Origin: Eubacteriales bacterium
GTDB lineage: Bacteria; Bacillota; Clostridia; Oscillospirales; CAG-272
Direction: 5' to 3'
Assembly (NCBI GenBank): GCA_045602385.1
Contig: JAZSBL010000025.1
Location: forward strand, 384 to 64,383
DNA: 64,000 nt
Shown one piece after another: positions 35,954 to 45,586 of the stretch (position 1 is the first letter of the stretch; each line of letters begins with the position of its first letter). The notes beneath the pieces are model-generated. The model did not search any database. It worked only from the letters and a program-made list of their open reading frames with translations, and had not been told where the DNA came from. The position numbers were made by a program, and so were the translations under genes.

Positions 35954-37170
35954 TATGCCTCAACCGTAGGTTTTGTTTTGCTCAATTTGTTTTTTAATCT
36001 TGATTTACAAGCGGCTGTTATTTTCTCTATTTGTCTTACAAGTATGTGCAACAAAATTGCACTAATATAGATAAGCGGTAATGTAATAGCAAATGCGAGA
36101 CAAGCAGCAATATTGTAATCATACTTGTTTATTAGCATCATAAATGCTCCTGCTTCAACGGATAGCATCAACGGCCAATGTATCGCATAAACCTCAAATG
36201 ATATTTTTCCTAACCATCTAAAAAGCTTAAACTCGAATATGCGCTGCATTACGGAAGATTTCATTGTTACAAAAATAATTAGTGCAATTCCTACGGCACG
36301 TAGTAATTTCGTGTCCAAATAAGGTATTTTGCCCCATAATGAATATATACCCGTAAAATACATCGGACACGCAGCAAAATACAATCCTACCGCATAACAA
36401 CAAATCCAAAACCACTTTTTGTGCAATATATTTTCATAATACCTACCAAGCAGGGTCTCATTTTTGTTAAACAACAAATCAGCTACAAAAATCCCCAAAA
36501 AGAATGGGATGTATTGCGGTAAATGTTGAACAAAAAGCGCTGCACTAACAGCGATATATGATAGCCTACGATATTTCGAGTCTTTCAAAACATAGCATGC
36601 CACCATTGAGAAAACATATCCCCAAAACTCATATCTAATAGTCCAAAACGGCCCAACATAGTCGCTCATACGACAAAAAGGATTAAAGAAAATATTTTTT
36701 AGGAGATTCATGATTGACGGTGTAAAATTGCAATAATCATCCAAGAAATCACCGTATGGTACTTTGTCCAAGATATTTAAATGATTTTGCAATCCAAACA
36801 CCATGCAAACATAAGTAAACAACGTAGCCAAAAGAACTATCGGTAACAATCTAAAATAACGGTTTGCACATTTTTTAATGACGTCTTCTCCGGAAGGCTT
36901 TTTTGTAAACACAGAAATGCCTACCAAAAGTCCCGTAAGGACAAAGAAATATCTTACTGCGATATCTCCATTTACTAAAATAGATAGCGGCGTTTTTGCA
37001 AAAACAGTCAAAATGCTTTCATCTTGCTCTGCAAACTTTTCAAAATACATTTGCGGGAAGTAAACACATATAAAATGACAGATAATCACGTTAATCGCCA
37101 TCAATCCTCTTAAACCGTCAAGAAATTCAAATTTTCCGGCTTTGGGTTTGATCGTTAAGTTGTTGTCCAT
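35953..37170 (-). CDS. acyltransferase-3 family O-acyltransferase (cassette flanked by a 42-nt duplication)
   Basis: MDNNLTIKPKAGKFEFLDGLRGLMAINVIICHF... with about 10 TM helices. ATG 37170 follows the fnlB stop as TAAtATG. It looks AT-rich by eye. Confidence 0.8.
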   Translation of the reverse strand: MDNNLTIKPKAGKFEFLDGLRGLMAINVIICHFICVYFPQMYFEKFAEQDESILTVFAKTPLSILVNGDIAVRYFFVLTGLLVGISVFTKKPSGEDVIKKCANRYFRLLPIVLLATLFTYVCMVFGLQNHLNILDKVPYGDFLDDYCNFTPSIMNLLKNIFFNPFCRMSDYVGPFWTIRYEFWGYVFSMVACYVLKDSKYRRLSYIAVSAALFVQHLPQYIPFFLGIFVADLLFNKNETLLGRYYENILHKKWFWICCYAVGLYFAACPMYFTGIYSLWGKIPYLDTKLLRAVGIALIIFVTMKSSVMQRIFEFKLFRWLGKISFEVYAIHWPLMLSVEAGAFMMLINKYDYNIAACLAFAITLPLIYISAILLHILVRQIEKITAACKSRLKNKLSKTKPTVEA

Positions 37171-37171
37171 A

Positions 37172-38371
37172 TTATTCCACCGCCTCAAAAAATGTATCCG
37201 GCTTGTTCGGGTCAAACTGCTCGTTTGCCCACATGAGCGTTACGAGATCGTCCGTGTCCGAAAGATTTATAATATTGTGAGTGTATCCCGGCAGCATATG
37301 CACCGCCTCAATCCTCTCACCACTGACTTCAAAATTAAGCACCTCGTCAGAGCCGATTCTTCTCTGCTGTATGAGCGCACTGCCCGAAACGACGATGAAG
37401 AACTCCCACTTGGTGTTGTGCCAATGCTGACCCTTGGTGATTCCCGGATTTGAGATATTTACCGAGAACTGACCGCAATTTGCGGTTTTAAGCAGCTCGG
37501 TAAAGCTTCCCCTCGCGTCAATATTCATCTTCAAGGGGAAGGACGCCTTTTCTCGCGGGATATAAGAGAGATAGGTACTATACAGCTTCTTTGCAAAGCT
37601 TCCCTTAGGTATCTCGGGCATAACAAGCGTCGCGGGCTGATTCTTAAAGGATTCAAGCAGCTCTACTATCTCACCTAAGGTCACCTTGTGCGTCACAGGC
37701 GCGGCACAATATTTGCCACCATCGCAAAGAACGGTATTTATACCGTCAAACTCACAGCGATGCTCCTTGCCTTCAAGCGCATCAAGCATCTCCTCGACGA
37801 GATCGTCGATATAGAGAAGCTCAAGCTGAACCGTGGCATCATTTACAGTGATGGGAAGATCGTTTGCGATATTGTTGCAGAACGTAGCGACCGCGCTGTT
37901 ATAATTCGGTCTGCACCACTTGCCGAAAAGGTTCGGGAAACGGTAGACAAGCACCTTTGCGCCCATCTCCTCGCCGTATGCAAACACAAGCTCCTCGCCC
38001 GCCTTCTTGCTTCTGCCGTAATCGGAATCATATCTGCCGATGCAGGTCGCCTGAATCGAGCTTGACACCATCACGGGGCACTTGTTATTATACTTTTTTA
38101 GTGTATCGAGAAGTGTTGACGCAAAGCCAAAATTGCCCTGCATAAACTCCTCGGGATTCTGCGGGCGGTTTACTCCCGCAAGATTGAATACGAAATCCGA
38201 CTTCGCGCATGCCTCATCAAGTAATGCCGCGGGGGAATCAATATCGTATTCGTATATCTCCTCTATGGCAAGCGCGGGGTGTGTCCTGTCCTTGCCGTCT
38301 TTTATGTTTTTTAGCGCCGCGCAAAGATTCTTTCCTACAAATCCCTTAGCGCCTGTTACAAGTATTTTCAT
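37172..38371 (-). CDS. fnlB: CapF/FnlB-type bifunctional reductase/epimerase (SDR plus C-terminal cupin)
   Basis: MKILVTGAKGFVGKNL Rossmann fold and a C-terminal cupin HWHNTKWEFFIVVSGSALIQ. ATG 38371 follows the upstream stop as TAAgATG. Confidence 0.85.
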   Translation of the reverse strand: MKILVTGAKGFVGKNLCAALKNIKDGKDRTHPALAIEEIYEYDIDSPAALLDEACAKSDFVFNLAGVNRPQNPEEFMQGNFGFASTLLDTLKKYNNKCPVMVSSSIQATCIGRYDSDYGRSKKAGEELVFAYGEEMGAKVLVYRFPNLFGKWCRPNYNSAVATFCNNIANDLPITVNDATVQLELLYIDDLVEEMLDALEGKEHRCEFDGINTVLCDGGKYCAAPVTHKVTLGEIVELLESFKNQPATLVMPEIPKGSFAKKLYSTYLSYIPREKASFPLKMNIDARGSFTELLKTANCGQFSVNISNPGITKGQHWHNTKWEFFIVVSGSALIQQRRIGSDEVLNFEVSGERIEAVHMLPGYTHNIINLSDTDDLVTLMWANEQFDPNKPDTFFEAVE

Positions 38372-38372
38372 C

Positions 38373-39554
38373 TTATACCTCAAAATTAAAGTCGAGTCCG
38401 ACCAGCTTAAGCTCTGCCTTGTAAGATTCTATCTCTGAAGCATTGATGGCGGAAATGCTCTCCCGTTCGCGCCTTATGTGATCTCGTCTGAACAGTAGCA
38501 CGGTCACAAGTCGTCCTGCCCAGGCAAATGGCAGAAGAATTGGGCATTTTCTAAGCCACGGACGATCCTCACACATGGTTTTAAAGCTCGGAAAAACAGC
38601 GCTCCAAAATCTCTTTTTTCTCACCTTATCCGCGTCCGCACCATTTGCAAGCGCGGCGGCCTCATAGCGCGAGCGGTCCTTAGTTGTTCCGTACACACCA
38701 CCGCTAAACACCTTTTGGGTGATAAAGTCCGTTACCTCATCGCCCTCCGCATCCTTGAACCATACGTCAAGAGTTTTCACTATGTTTTTATAAAACTCGG
38801 CTATTCCAAGCTGCTCCAATGTGGCATGTACATACTCGTGGTCTATATCTGCATTCGCCTCAAGCAAAACGTGTATGTCAACAAGGTGCTTTATACCTAT
38901 TCCGGCATATCTGTAATGCTTGGTAAAATGAGATACGAGGTATATAAGCTCGTTTTCCGCGCTCAACGTGTACTCGTGTCCGCCATCTGCCACTTTTTGC
39001 GCGTGATCCCAGCCGTCACCGAAGTATGCATAAAGATCCTTTGTATACGAAGGGATAATTCTCTTGTGCAGCTCTATGCCAAGATCGCCTTTTTTCCAGA
39101 CCCACTCGTGATCACTGGTAAGCAGATGCTTATATCCGAGAGTCTCCATAAGCAGCTCTATTCTGCCCATCTGCTCCTTGCGGATAAGCACGTCCGCATC
39201 GCCAAGAAGTCGCATCTCACTGCACGGATACAGTCGTTTTATTACCGAGCCCTTTAGCCTCATGTAATCCACTCCGTTTTTCTCAAACGCGAGGCAGAGA
39301 GTTTCAAGCTCGCTCTCTTGATTTTGATTCAGCAGAGCCAAAAACATGGCAGAGGCGTATATTTTGCGCTTTTCGTCATGAGATACGAATTCCTGCAGGT
39401 CTCTGCCACCATAATAGATAAGCGGCATTATCTGCTGACTTTTGGCAAATTCGTACAGCCTTGAATAGTCAAAATCCTCCGGGAGAGGAGTATTCTGAGC
39501 CTTCAACGCATTGTTTATGAGGATAATTACTCCTCTCTCAAAGCTTGATAGCAT
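38373..39554 (-). CDS. uncharacterised nucleotidyltransferase family protein (PF14907-like), paralog 2
   Basis: VDYMRLKGSVIKRLYPCSEMRLLGDADVLI, GIELHKRI. Its start overlaps the fnlA stop (TAATG). Confidence 0.65.
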   Translation of the reverse strand: MLSSFERGVIILINNALKAQNTPLPEDFDYSRLYEFAKSQQIMPLIYYGGRDLQEFVSHDEKRKIYASAMFLALLNQNQESELETLCLAFEKNGVDYMRLKGSVIKRLYPCSEMRLLGDADVLIRKEQMGRIELLMETLGYKHLLTSDHEWVWKKGDLGIELHKRIIPSYTKDLYAYFGDGWDHAQKVADGGHEYTLSAENELIYLVSHFTKHYRYAGIGIKHLVDIHVLLEANADIDHEYVHATLEQLGIAEFYKNIVKTLDVWFKDAEGDEVTDFITQKVFSGGVYGTTKDRSRYEAAALANGADADKVRKKRFWSAVFPSFKTMCEDRPWLRKCPILLPFAWAGRLVTVLLFRRDHIRRERESISAINASEIESYKAELKLVGLDFNFEV

Positions 39555-40600
39555 TATTTTGCGTCCTTTGCGATTTCCTGTCTGATATATTCAAGCGAAA
39601 GAAGCTTTTGCTTTACCTCTTCAACGTCAAGAAGCTGGGTATTGTGAGAATTGAACTCAGTAAGAGTATTTCTCTCTGTATCACCCTTGTTGAAGTACTT
39701 ATCGTAGTTGAGTCCGCGCTTGTCGCAGGGCACGCGATAGAACTCGCCCATATCGATGGCGTTTGCGCATTCTTCGTTTGTAAGAAGTGTTTCATACATC
39801 TTCTCTCCGTGACGGATACCGATGACTTTGATGTCCTCCTTGTTACCGCCGAACAGCTCGCAGACGGCCTCCGCCTGTGTTTTGATAGTACAAGCGGGCG
39901 CCTTCTGAACAAGGATATCTCCGCTCTCTCCGTTCGCAAACGCGAACAACACAAGGTCTACCGCCTCGTCAAGCGACATAATAAATCTTGTCATCGTGGG
40001 ATCTGTTACCGTAATGGGGTTGCCTGCTTTGATCTGGTCGATCCAAAGCGGAATTACAGAACCGCGGGAGCACATTACGTTGCCGTATCTCGTGCAGCAG
40101 ATCTTGGTCTGCTCGGGTTTTACCGTTCTCGACTTCGCAACGATGACCTTCTCCATCATCGCCTTGCTCGTTCCCATCGCGTTTACGGGGTACGCCGCCT
40201 TGTCGGTGGAAAGGCATACTACGTTCTTAACTCCCGCATCTATTGCCGCGGTCAGCACGTTCTCTGTACCGATTACGTTGGTCTTTACCGCCTCAATGGG
40301 GAAAAACTCGCATGAGGGCACCTGCTTGAGTGCCGCCGCGTGTAATATGTAGTCAACACCGTGCATCGCGTTGCGTACGCTTGCGATATCGCGCACGTCG
40401 CCGATATAGAACTTGATCTTCTCCGCTACCTCGGGCATCTTAGCCTGAAACTCGTGGCGCATGTCGTCCTGCTTCTTCTCGTCGCGCGAGAAGATTCTGA
40501 TCTCACCGATATCGGTGTCAAGAAAGCGGTTAAGCACCGCGTTACCAAAGGAGCCTGTTCCTCCGGTGATAAGTAATGTTTTGTCTTTGAAAAGTGACAT
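39554..40600 (-). CDS. fnlA: UDP-GlcNAc 4,6-dehydratase/5-epimerase, CapE/FnlA type
   Basis: MSLFKDKTLLITGGTGSFGNAVLNRFLDTDIGEIRIFSRDEKKQDDMRHEF...TDKAAYPVNAMGTSKA. Confidence 0.9.
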   Translation of the reverse strand: MSLFKDKTLLITGGTGSFGNAVLNRFLDTDIGEIRIFSRDEKKQDDMRHEFQAKMPEVAEKIKFYIGDVRDIASVRNAMHGVDYILHAAALKQVPSCEFFPIEAVKTNVIGTENVLTAAIDAGVKNVVCLSTDKAAYPVNAMGTSKAMMEKVIVAKSRTVKPEQTKICCTRYGNVMCSRGSVIPLWIDQIKAGNPITVTDPTMTRFIMSLDEAVDLVLFAFANGESGDILVQKAPACTIKTQAEAVCELFGGNKEDIKVIGIRHGEKMYETLLTNEECANAIDMGEFYRVPCDKRGLNYDKYFNKGDTERNTLTEFNSHNTQLLDVEEVKQKLLSLEYIRQEIAKDAK

Positions 40601-40603
40601 GGT

Positions 40604-41905
40604 CTATTTCTCCATTTCGTTCCAATTTATATTTAAAACCATAATTTTATGCTTGCCTGTATGCGCTGTATCAACCACGATCTTATCAAACGATCTGCCA
40701 AATCGAGGATGCAGATCGCTCCTGTATGCCGTTGCGTTGATCGGCGACTCGAATCTTGCCACCGTGTAAAGCTTCTCGGCTTGAGTGTCAAAGATCAACA
40801 GGTTTCTGTAATTTTCCGGATCTGCATAGGTGTCGGTCAACATGTATCTGCCGTTCAAGGTAAAGCCCGGATGTCCGTCGATTACTAATTTTTCTTTATC
40901 ATAACATCCTTTTTTTGTGCCATCTATTCCGTACACGTCGTAGCAACTGCTGGCGGCAAGCTTGTGATGCGCCTGCGCGTTAACGTGTCTTGAAAAGAAT
41001 CGTCTGTAGATTTTTCTCAAAAATTGACCAAGCGCCCCCGTTTTCTGCGTAACCGCCGAGTAGGCGTTTCCAAGTGCCCTTCTCCTCACACTGAATATAA
41101 CAAAACTATCGCTATCGATCCAGCCGAGATGCGACCAGGAATTCGTTTCCCAGCCCTTAAGGCAAGTCAAGATTTTACCGTCAGTGTCTGCAACAAAGCA
41201 TCTGGTCCGAAAACCTCCGCCTGTGTCAAATCTGTGGTAAAAAGCAAATTTTGTACCTGTCGGGTCTAGCATGATATGCTCCACCCAGTGCTTAGCCCCT
41301 GCAAATTCCTCGCGATAATCGGTATTTATGATCGTTTCTATATCAATGATCTTTTTGGTTGCCCCTGTATTGAGATCCATCTTATATATGCCGTCAACGT
41401 CGGTTACCTGCTTGTTGTATCGCTCGTCGCGGATATATTCGTAGTGATATGCCCTGCACCAATACGCTCTCTCAAAATTAATTGTTATCGAGAAGGAGGC
41501 GTCGGGACTTATTCCGTATATTGCCATCGGCAAGGTTTTATAGATCGTTCCGTCTGTGTTATATATTCTTGCAACGTATTTGCCGTCCTCGGCATCGTTG
41601 AATACTATTCTTTCCTCGCCATCGTAGCTTATCCACTGCGACATAGCTCCCTGCTGCCAATTGCACGCACGGGTGGTCGCAACGCGATGCCATTCCCCGT
41701 CCGGCAAAGAAAACCAACCAACGTCGATCGTATCATCCTGCAGGAAATTTCTCTCTTCGTCATCGCTATCCCATCTGTGACAAAGAAGCTTGTCCTCGTT
41801 TGAGCTTAGTGGGCAGTAATTATAATATCCAAACCAATATCGTGCGTCATCAGGGCTTTCAAAACCCACGTCCGCAAAATCGCTTATCAAATACTTTTTA
41901 TCCAT
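40604..41905 (-). CDS. hypothetical protein, possibly beta-propeller (TolB/oligogalacturonide-lyase-like)
   Basis: MDKKYLISDFADVGFESPDDARYWFGYYNYCPLSSNEDKLLCHRW... is rich in W/Y/D-G turns, with no TM or signal peptide. Start set at ATG 41905, which overlaps the wzx end. Confidence 0.35.
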   Translation of the reverse strand: MDKKYLISDFADVGFESPDDARYWFGYYNYCPLSSNEDKLLCHRWDSDDEERNFLQDDTIDVGWFSLPDGEWHRVATTRACNWQQGAMSQWISYDGEERIVFNDAEDGKYVARIYNTDGTIYKTLPMAIYGISPDASFSITINFERAYWCRAYHYEYIRDERYNKQVTDVDGIYKMDLNTGATKKIIDIETIINTDYREEFAGAKHWVEHIMLDPTGTKFAFYHRFDTGGGFRTRCFVADTDGKILTCLKGWETNSWSHLGWIDSDSFVIFSVRRRALGNAYSAVTQKTGALGQFLRKIYRRFFSRHVNAQAHHKLAASSCYDVYGIDGTKKGCYDKEKLVIDGHPGFTLNGRYMLTDTYADPENYRNLLIFDTQAEKLYTVARFESPINATAYRSDLHPRFGRSFDKIVVDTAHTGKHKIMVLNINWNEMEK

Positions 41906-43181
41906 TGCACACGTCCGTCCTTTCCTCGCGCTTGATTTCAACGAGTATATCCGACAACAGCATAACAGTTCTCGCCACGTATCCGCAAAGGAATCCTATC
42001 GCAAACGAGACTATGCCTACGCCGAAATAGGAAAGCAGAAGTGACACGACTATCTGTATCAAGGTTGCCGCAATAGCTATAACGTTCAACGCTCTTACCT
42101 TTTTTGCCGCCATCAATACACTGGAAAGCGAATCCGAAAGCTTAAACGGAACGCTCAGAAGCAAAACGTACGCGGTTGCCATTGCTCCCACGTAATTTGG
42201 CAGGATAACGGGCAACAGGAAATGTATGCCCACTATGCCACACGGAATCAACGCAAGCATTATTGCTCCGCCAGCCAAAATCGGCTTTTTGCACATTTTG
42301 AAGCAATCCGCTATTTTTTCTCTCTTGGCATATTCCGAAACTATTCTCGGCGCGTACACTCCCGCAATCGACGTGGGGAGCTGAAGAACCAGAAGAATAC
42401 ACGTATATGCAAACGACCAGTATCCCAGCTGCTCCTTGGTCAGAAACAGCAGTATAAGCGTACCTCTTATGGCATCAAGTCCGGTTGTTGTTATGTATGA
42501 CGCGGTAAAGAGCGGCAGTCCCTGCTTTACAAGCGAGAACCACTCCTTGATGCTGAATCTGAACTTCACCTTTATCGGTCTGAAAAGGTAAAGTCTTACC
42601 GTAGATACGGCAGAGGTGCAGCTTCTGAGTATCATAGTGACAAAGGGTTGCACCCAATAAAAAGGGAGCAGCAGGCAGGATATGATCGGGTTCGCTACGC
42701 TCGCCCTCGCCATTTTTTGAAACTCCTTACCAGATCTATAGGTCGCCGACAAAAGACCGCCGTAGAGGCTTGTCCATATCGAAATGATCTCAACTACCCA
42801 GCAAAGTCCGGTCTTCCAATCTCCGGACACGAACGAAATCGTTGCCAAAGTTAAAAATATCGCCGTGATCGGGAAGCAAACAAGCAATATCCACGCATTT
42901 GCCACCTCCACAACACGTTTCGCCTTCTCTTCCTCGCCCTTAGCCATATATAAAGGATACAGTCTTTCAACGGCGTGGAACACTCCGAAATGGAGGAAGA
43001 AAAGATATCCCGTTATGATGCTGAACTGCTTAAAGAACCCAAGCTCCTCGGCAGTTATGAACCTTCCTTGCACAAGCGATCCGATAACACCGACAATACT
43101 CGCAAACATGCCCGCGCCGGACACCGCAACGACCGCCTTGAATATATCGTTATTCTTAAGCTTTTGTATCAAGGCCTTCAT
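41898..43181 (-). CDS. wzx: oligosaccharide flippase (Wzx, MOP superfamily)
   Basis: 427 aa with about 12-14 TM helices, located among glycosyltransferases. Its N-terminus MKALIQKLKNNDIFKAVVAVSGAGMFASIVG is typical of polysaccharide flippases. Confidence 0.7.
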   Translation of the reverse strand: MKALIQKLKNNDIFKAVVAVSGAGMFASIVGVIGSLVQGRFITAEELGFFKQFSIITGYLFFLHFGVFHAVERLYPLYMAKGEEEKAKRVVEVANAWILLVCFPITAIFLTLATISFVSGDWKTGLCWVVEIISIWTSLYGGLLSATYRSGKEFQKMARASVANPIISCLLLPFYWVQPFVTMILRSCTSAVSTVRLYLFRPIKVKFRFSIKEWFSLVKQGLPLFTASYITTTGLDAIRGTLILLFLTKEQLGYWSFAYTCILLVLQLPTSIAGVYAPRIVSEYAKREKIADCFKMCKKPILAGGAIMLALIPCGIVGIHFLLPVILPNYVGAMATAYVLLLSVPFKLSDSLSSVLMAAKKVRALNVIAIAATLIQIVVSLLLSYFGVGIVSFAIGFLCGYVARTVMLLSDILVEIKREERTDVCNG

Positions 43182-44416
43182 TTTAATTCATCCCACTTTT
43201 CCGCAGTATCAATATGCTTTTCATTGTATATTCCCTGCGCAAGCTCCTTGATAACTATATCAAAGCACTTGGCGATATGCTCAACGTCAAAACAATTGAC
43301 GCATCTCGCCCTCATCGCCTCTCCGATCTCTCGCGCAGCATCGGGATTGTCTATAACAAAATTCATCTTTTCTCTGATGGCGTCAACGTCGCCCTCTTTT
43401 ACCAAAAGGTCATCTCTGCCTATTTGATAAGGAACAGAGCCCGAATAGCTTCCGATAACCGGAATTCCCGTTGACATCTCCTGTACCAGCGCCAGCGAGA
43501 AGGTCTCTACCCAGTTTGCTCCGCGCTTGGGAACATGCAACGCGCAATCCATAGCGCTGAGATAGTCGGGAAGCTCCTCCCATCCTATGAGTCCGGGCAT
43601 AAGTATCTGATCCTCCACCCCGCACTCTGCGGCCTTATCTCGAATAGCCTTGATCTCGCTTTCAGAGCCGCTGCCGAGTATCATACACTTGACTCTTTTG
43701 TCGCAGGGCAAGGCCTCGATTATGTCCAAAATACCCTTCTCGGCATTGAATCTAGACGCACTTCCAAACACGAAGCAATCCTCAAGTCCCAGAAGCCGTC
43801 TTACCCTTTCTCTGCCCTCGGGCTTGAAAGTGAAATATGAGGTGTCTACCCCTATCTGCGTGTTTATAAATATCGGACCCTTATATCCCTCCTTGCGGAA
43901 GGCTGTTATTGCATCCGGATAGTGGACAAATATTGCATCGGACCCCTTGACATTTCTCTTTATAATTGTGTCATTATACATTCTTATCAATCGGTGTTTG
44001 ATAGATAGATGCTTCTTTCGTTCAAGATCTCCACGCATGGTAAACACGTAGGTCTTCGCCCCAACCGCTCTCGCGCCTCTTATTGTCTGACAGAGAGATG
44101 GAGAACCGTGCGTGCCTATGTAATATACCACGTCAGGTTTTTCCCTCTTGATGTTGGGCACTATGTCACCCGACGACCAGCCGCCAAAGCGATCCTGCTT
44201 TATCTCGATCGGAACGACCTTGAAGCGCTCCTCTTCATATTCGGAGCCGTTATATTCTATTACTCTTCCAAAGGAATACGCCTTTTGCGCGCCTACACTG
44301 TATTTTTTGGGAGACAAAATAACGATCCCGTTATTCTTATCCAGCTCCTTTAATATCAACCACCTTCTCCACAGACTCGGTCTGTTGAGGTTGGTTGCAA
44401 CTATCATCAGTTTCAT
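43178..44416 (-). CDS. glycosyltransferase family 4
   Basis: C-terminal GT-B block FVFGSASRFNAEKG...ETFSLALVQEMSTGIPVIGS. Confidence 0.8.
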   Translation of the reverse strand: MKLMIVATNLNRPSLWRRWLILKELDKNNGIVILSPKKYSVGAQKAYSFGRVIEYNGSEYEEERFKVVPIEIKQDRFGGWSSGDIVPNIKREKPDVVYYIGTHGSPSLCQTIRGARAVGAKTYVFTMRGDLERKKHLSIKHRLIRMYNDTIIKRNVKGSDAIFVHYPDAITAFRKEGYKGPIFINTQIGVDTSYFTFKPEGRERVRRLLGLEDCFVFGSASRFNAEKGILDIIEALPCDKRVKCMILGSGSESEIKAIRDKAAECGVEDQILMPGLIGWEELPDYLSAMDCALHVPKRGANWVETFSLALVQEMSTGIPVIGSYSGSVPYQIGRDDLLVKEGDVDAIREKMNFVIDNPDAAREIGEAMRARCVNCFDVEHIAKCFDIVIKELAQGIYNEKHIDTAEKWDELK

Positions 44417-45567
44417 TTGTTGTTTTCTCCAACTTCGTTAAATAGGATGGAAAGATCACGCCTGAAGCACTCGTCAAGCGAGCGAATCGTCTCGGTTGCG
44501 TTCGCATTTTCAAAGTTTACGCTCATTATGCACACGGCAATTTTTTCGGGCTTCTGTTCATCGTAAAATGACACGCATCCGGCAACAGGTGATTGCCTGA
44601 TTGCCTCAAAGGACGAGGATACGACCGAAAGTCCGTTTGACAGATACGTTAAGACCTTAGACGGAAAAGACGTTTGTGCAAAGGACGCATCCGGGATCTG
44701 CGTTGCCAGACCAATATGACATTTGCGAAGAAAATTATCAAACTCCTCGCCCTTCAAAAGACCGTCGTAGGTTACGGTTGCGGCAGATTTGGCGTTTGCC
44801 TTGCTAATTAAAGCTTTTATTTCCTCTATCTGCGCATCAGACCCAAATCCAAGCAGATGCACGTGATATCTCTCATCAAGATATTCAGCTGCTTCTGCCG
44901 CTGCTACCGCTCCGCCCTTTCTTGGGTCAAGCGTGCCGGCATAGACAACGTGTATTTTCCCGTCTCCCAAGCTCGGCTTTTCTCCGTCATATGCTTTATA
45001 TATGCCATAAAGCAACGCGGACGGCTTATTGTCCTTGTTGCATCTCTCGTTGAGATGCTTGTTTGAACAAACGTAACCTTGAGCCACGTCAACCAGATCA
45101 AATTCGTGGTTTTTGAGCTTGTCGGGGAGATCGCTTGTTACATCCTGATATATTTCGCACATCTGAAGGATCAATTTATATTTTTTGACTTTTTTTAGAT
45201 CGCGGAGCATCTTGACGTAGTTAAGAGAGTGATAAACCAACACCACATCTTCTTTTCTCACGTGCAGTAACAAATACACAAACATCTGCAATCTCAGAAA
45301 ATGCATGTCCAGCCTTGCAAAAAAGGAATTCCCCTTGCCTAGGCTGAAGAATTTTTTGAGTGTCTTGCCCTCTCCAAGTTTAATTCTGCCGCCCAAAACA
45401 GGTTTTTTCCCGAGAGTTCCACTCATCGATACAAATTCCACGCTGTAATTTTCTCTATCTACACTGTCTGCCAGATAATCCATAAGATTGGTGGCGGCCA
45501 GATAGTATTCTCTGTTTTGCTGGCTTTCCTTGGTGTCGTAATAGCCAACGTAAAATATCCTTTTCAA
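44413..45567 (-). CDS. glycosyltransferase (GT-B, GT4-like)
   Basis: HVVYAGTLDPRKGG...HLLGFG...FPSKVLTYLSNGLSVVSS. It overlaps both neighbours by 4 nt. Confidence 0.6.
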   Translation of the reverse strand: MKRIFYVGYYDTKESQQNREYYLAATNLMDYLADSVDRENYSVEFVSMSGTLGKKPVLGGRIKLGEGKTLKKFFSLGKGNSFFARLDMHFLRLQMFVYLLLHVRKEDVVLVYHSLNYVKMLRDLKKVKKYKLILQMCEIYQDVTSDLPDKLKNHEFDLVDVAQGYVCSNKHLNERCNKDNKPSALLYGIYKAYDGEKPSLGDGKIHVVYAGTLDPRKGGAVAAAEAAEYLDERYHVHLLGFGSDAQIEEIKALISKANAKSAATVTYDGLLKGEEFDNFLRKCHIGLATQIPDASFAQTSFPSKVLTYLSNGLSVVSSSFEAIRQSPVAGCVSFYDEQKPEKIAVCIMSVNFENANATETIRSLDECFRRDLSILFNEVGENNK

Positions 45568-45586
45568 AAGTTCTCTCCTCTGAATA

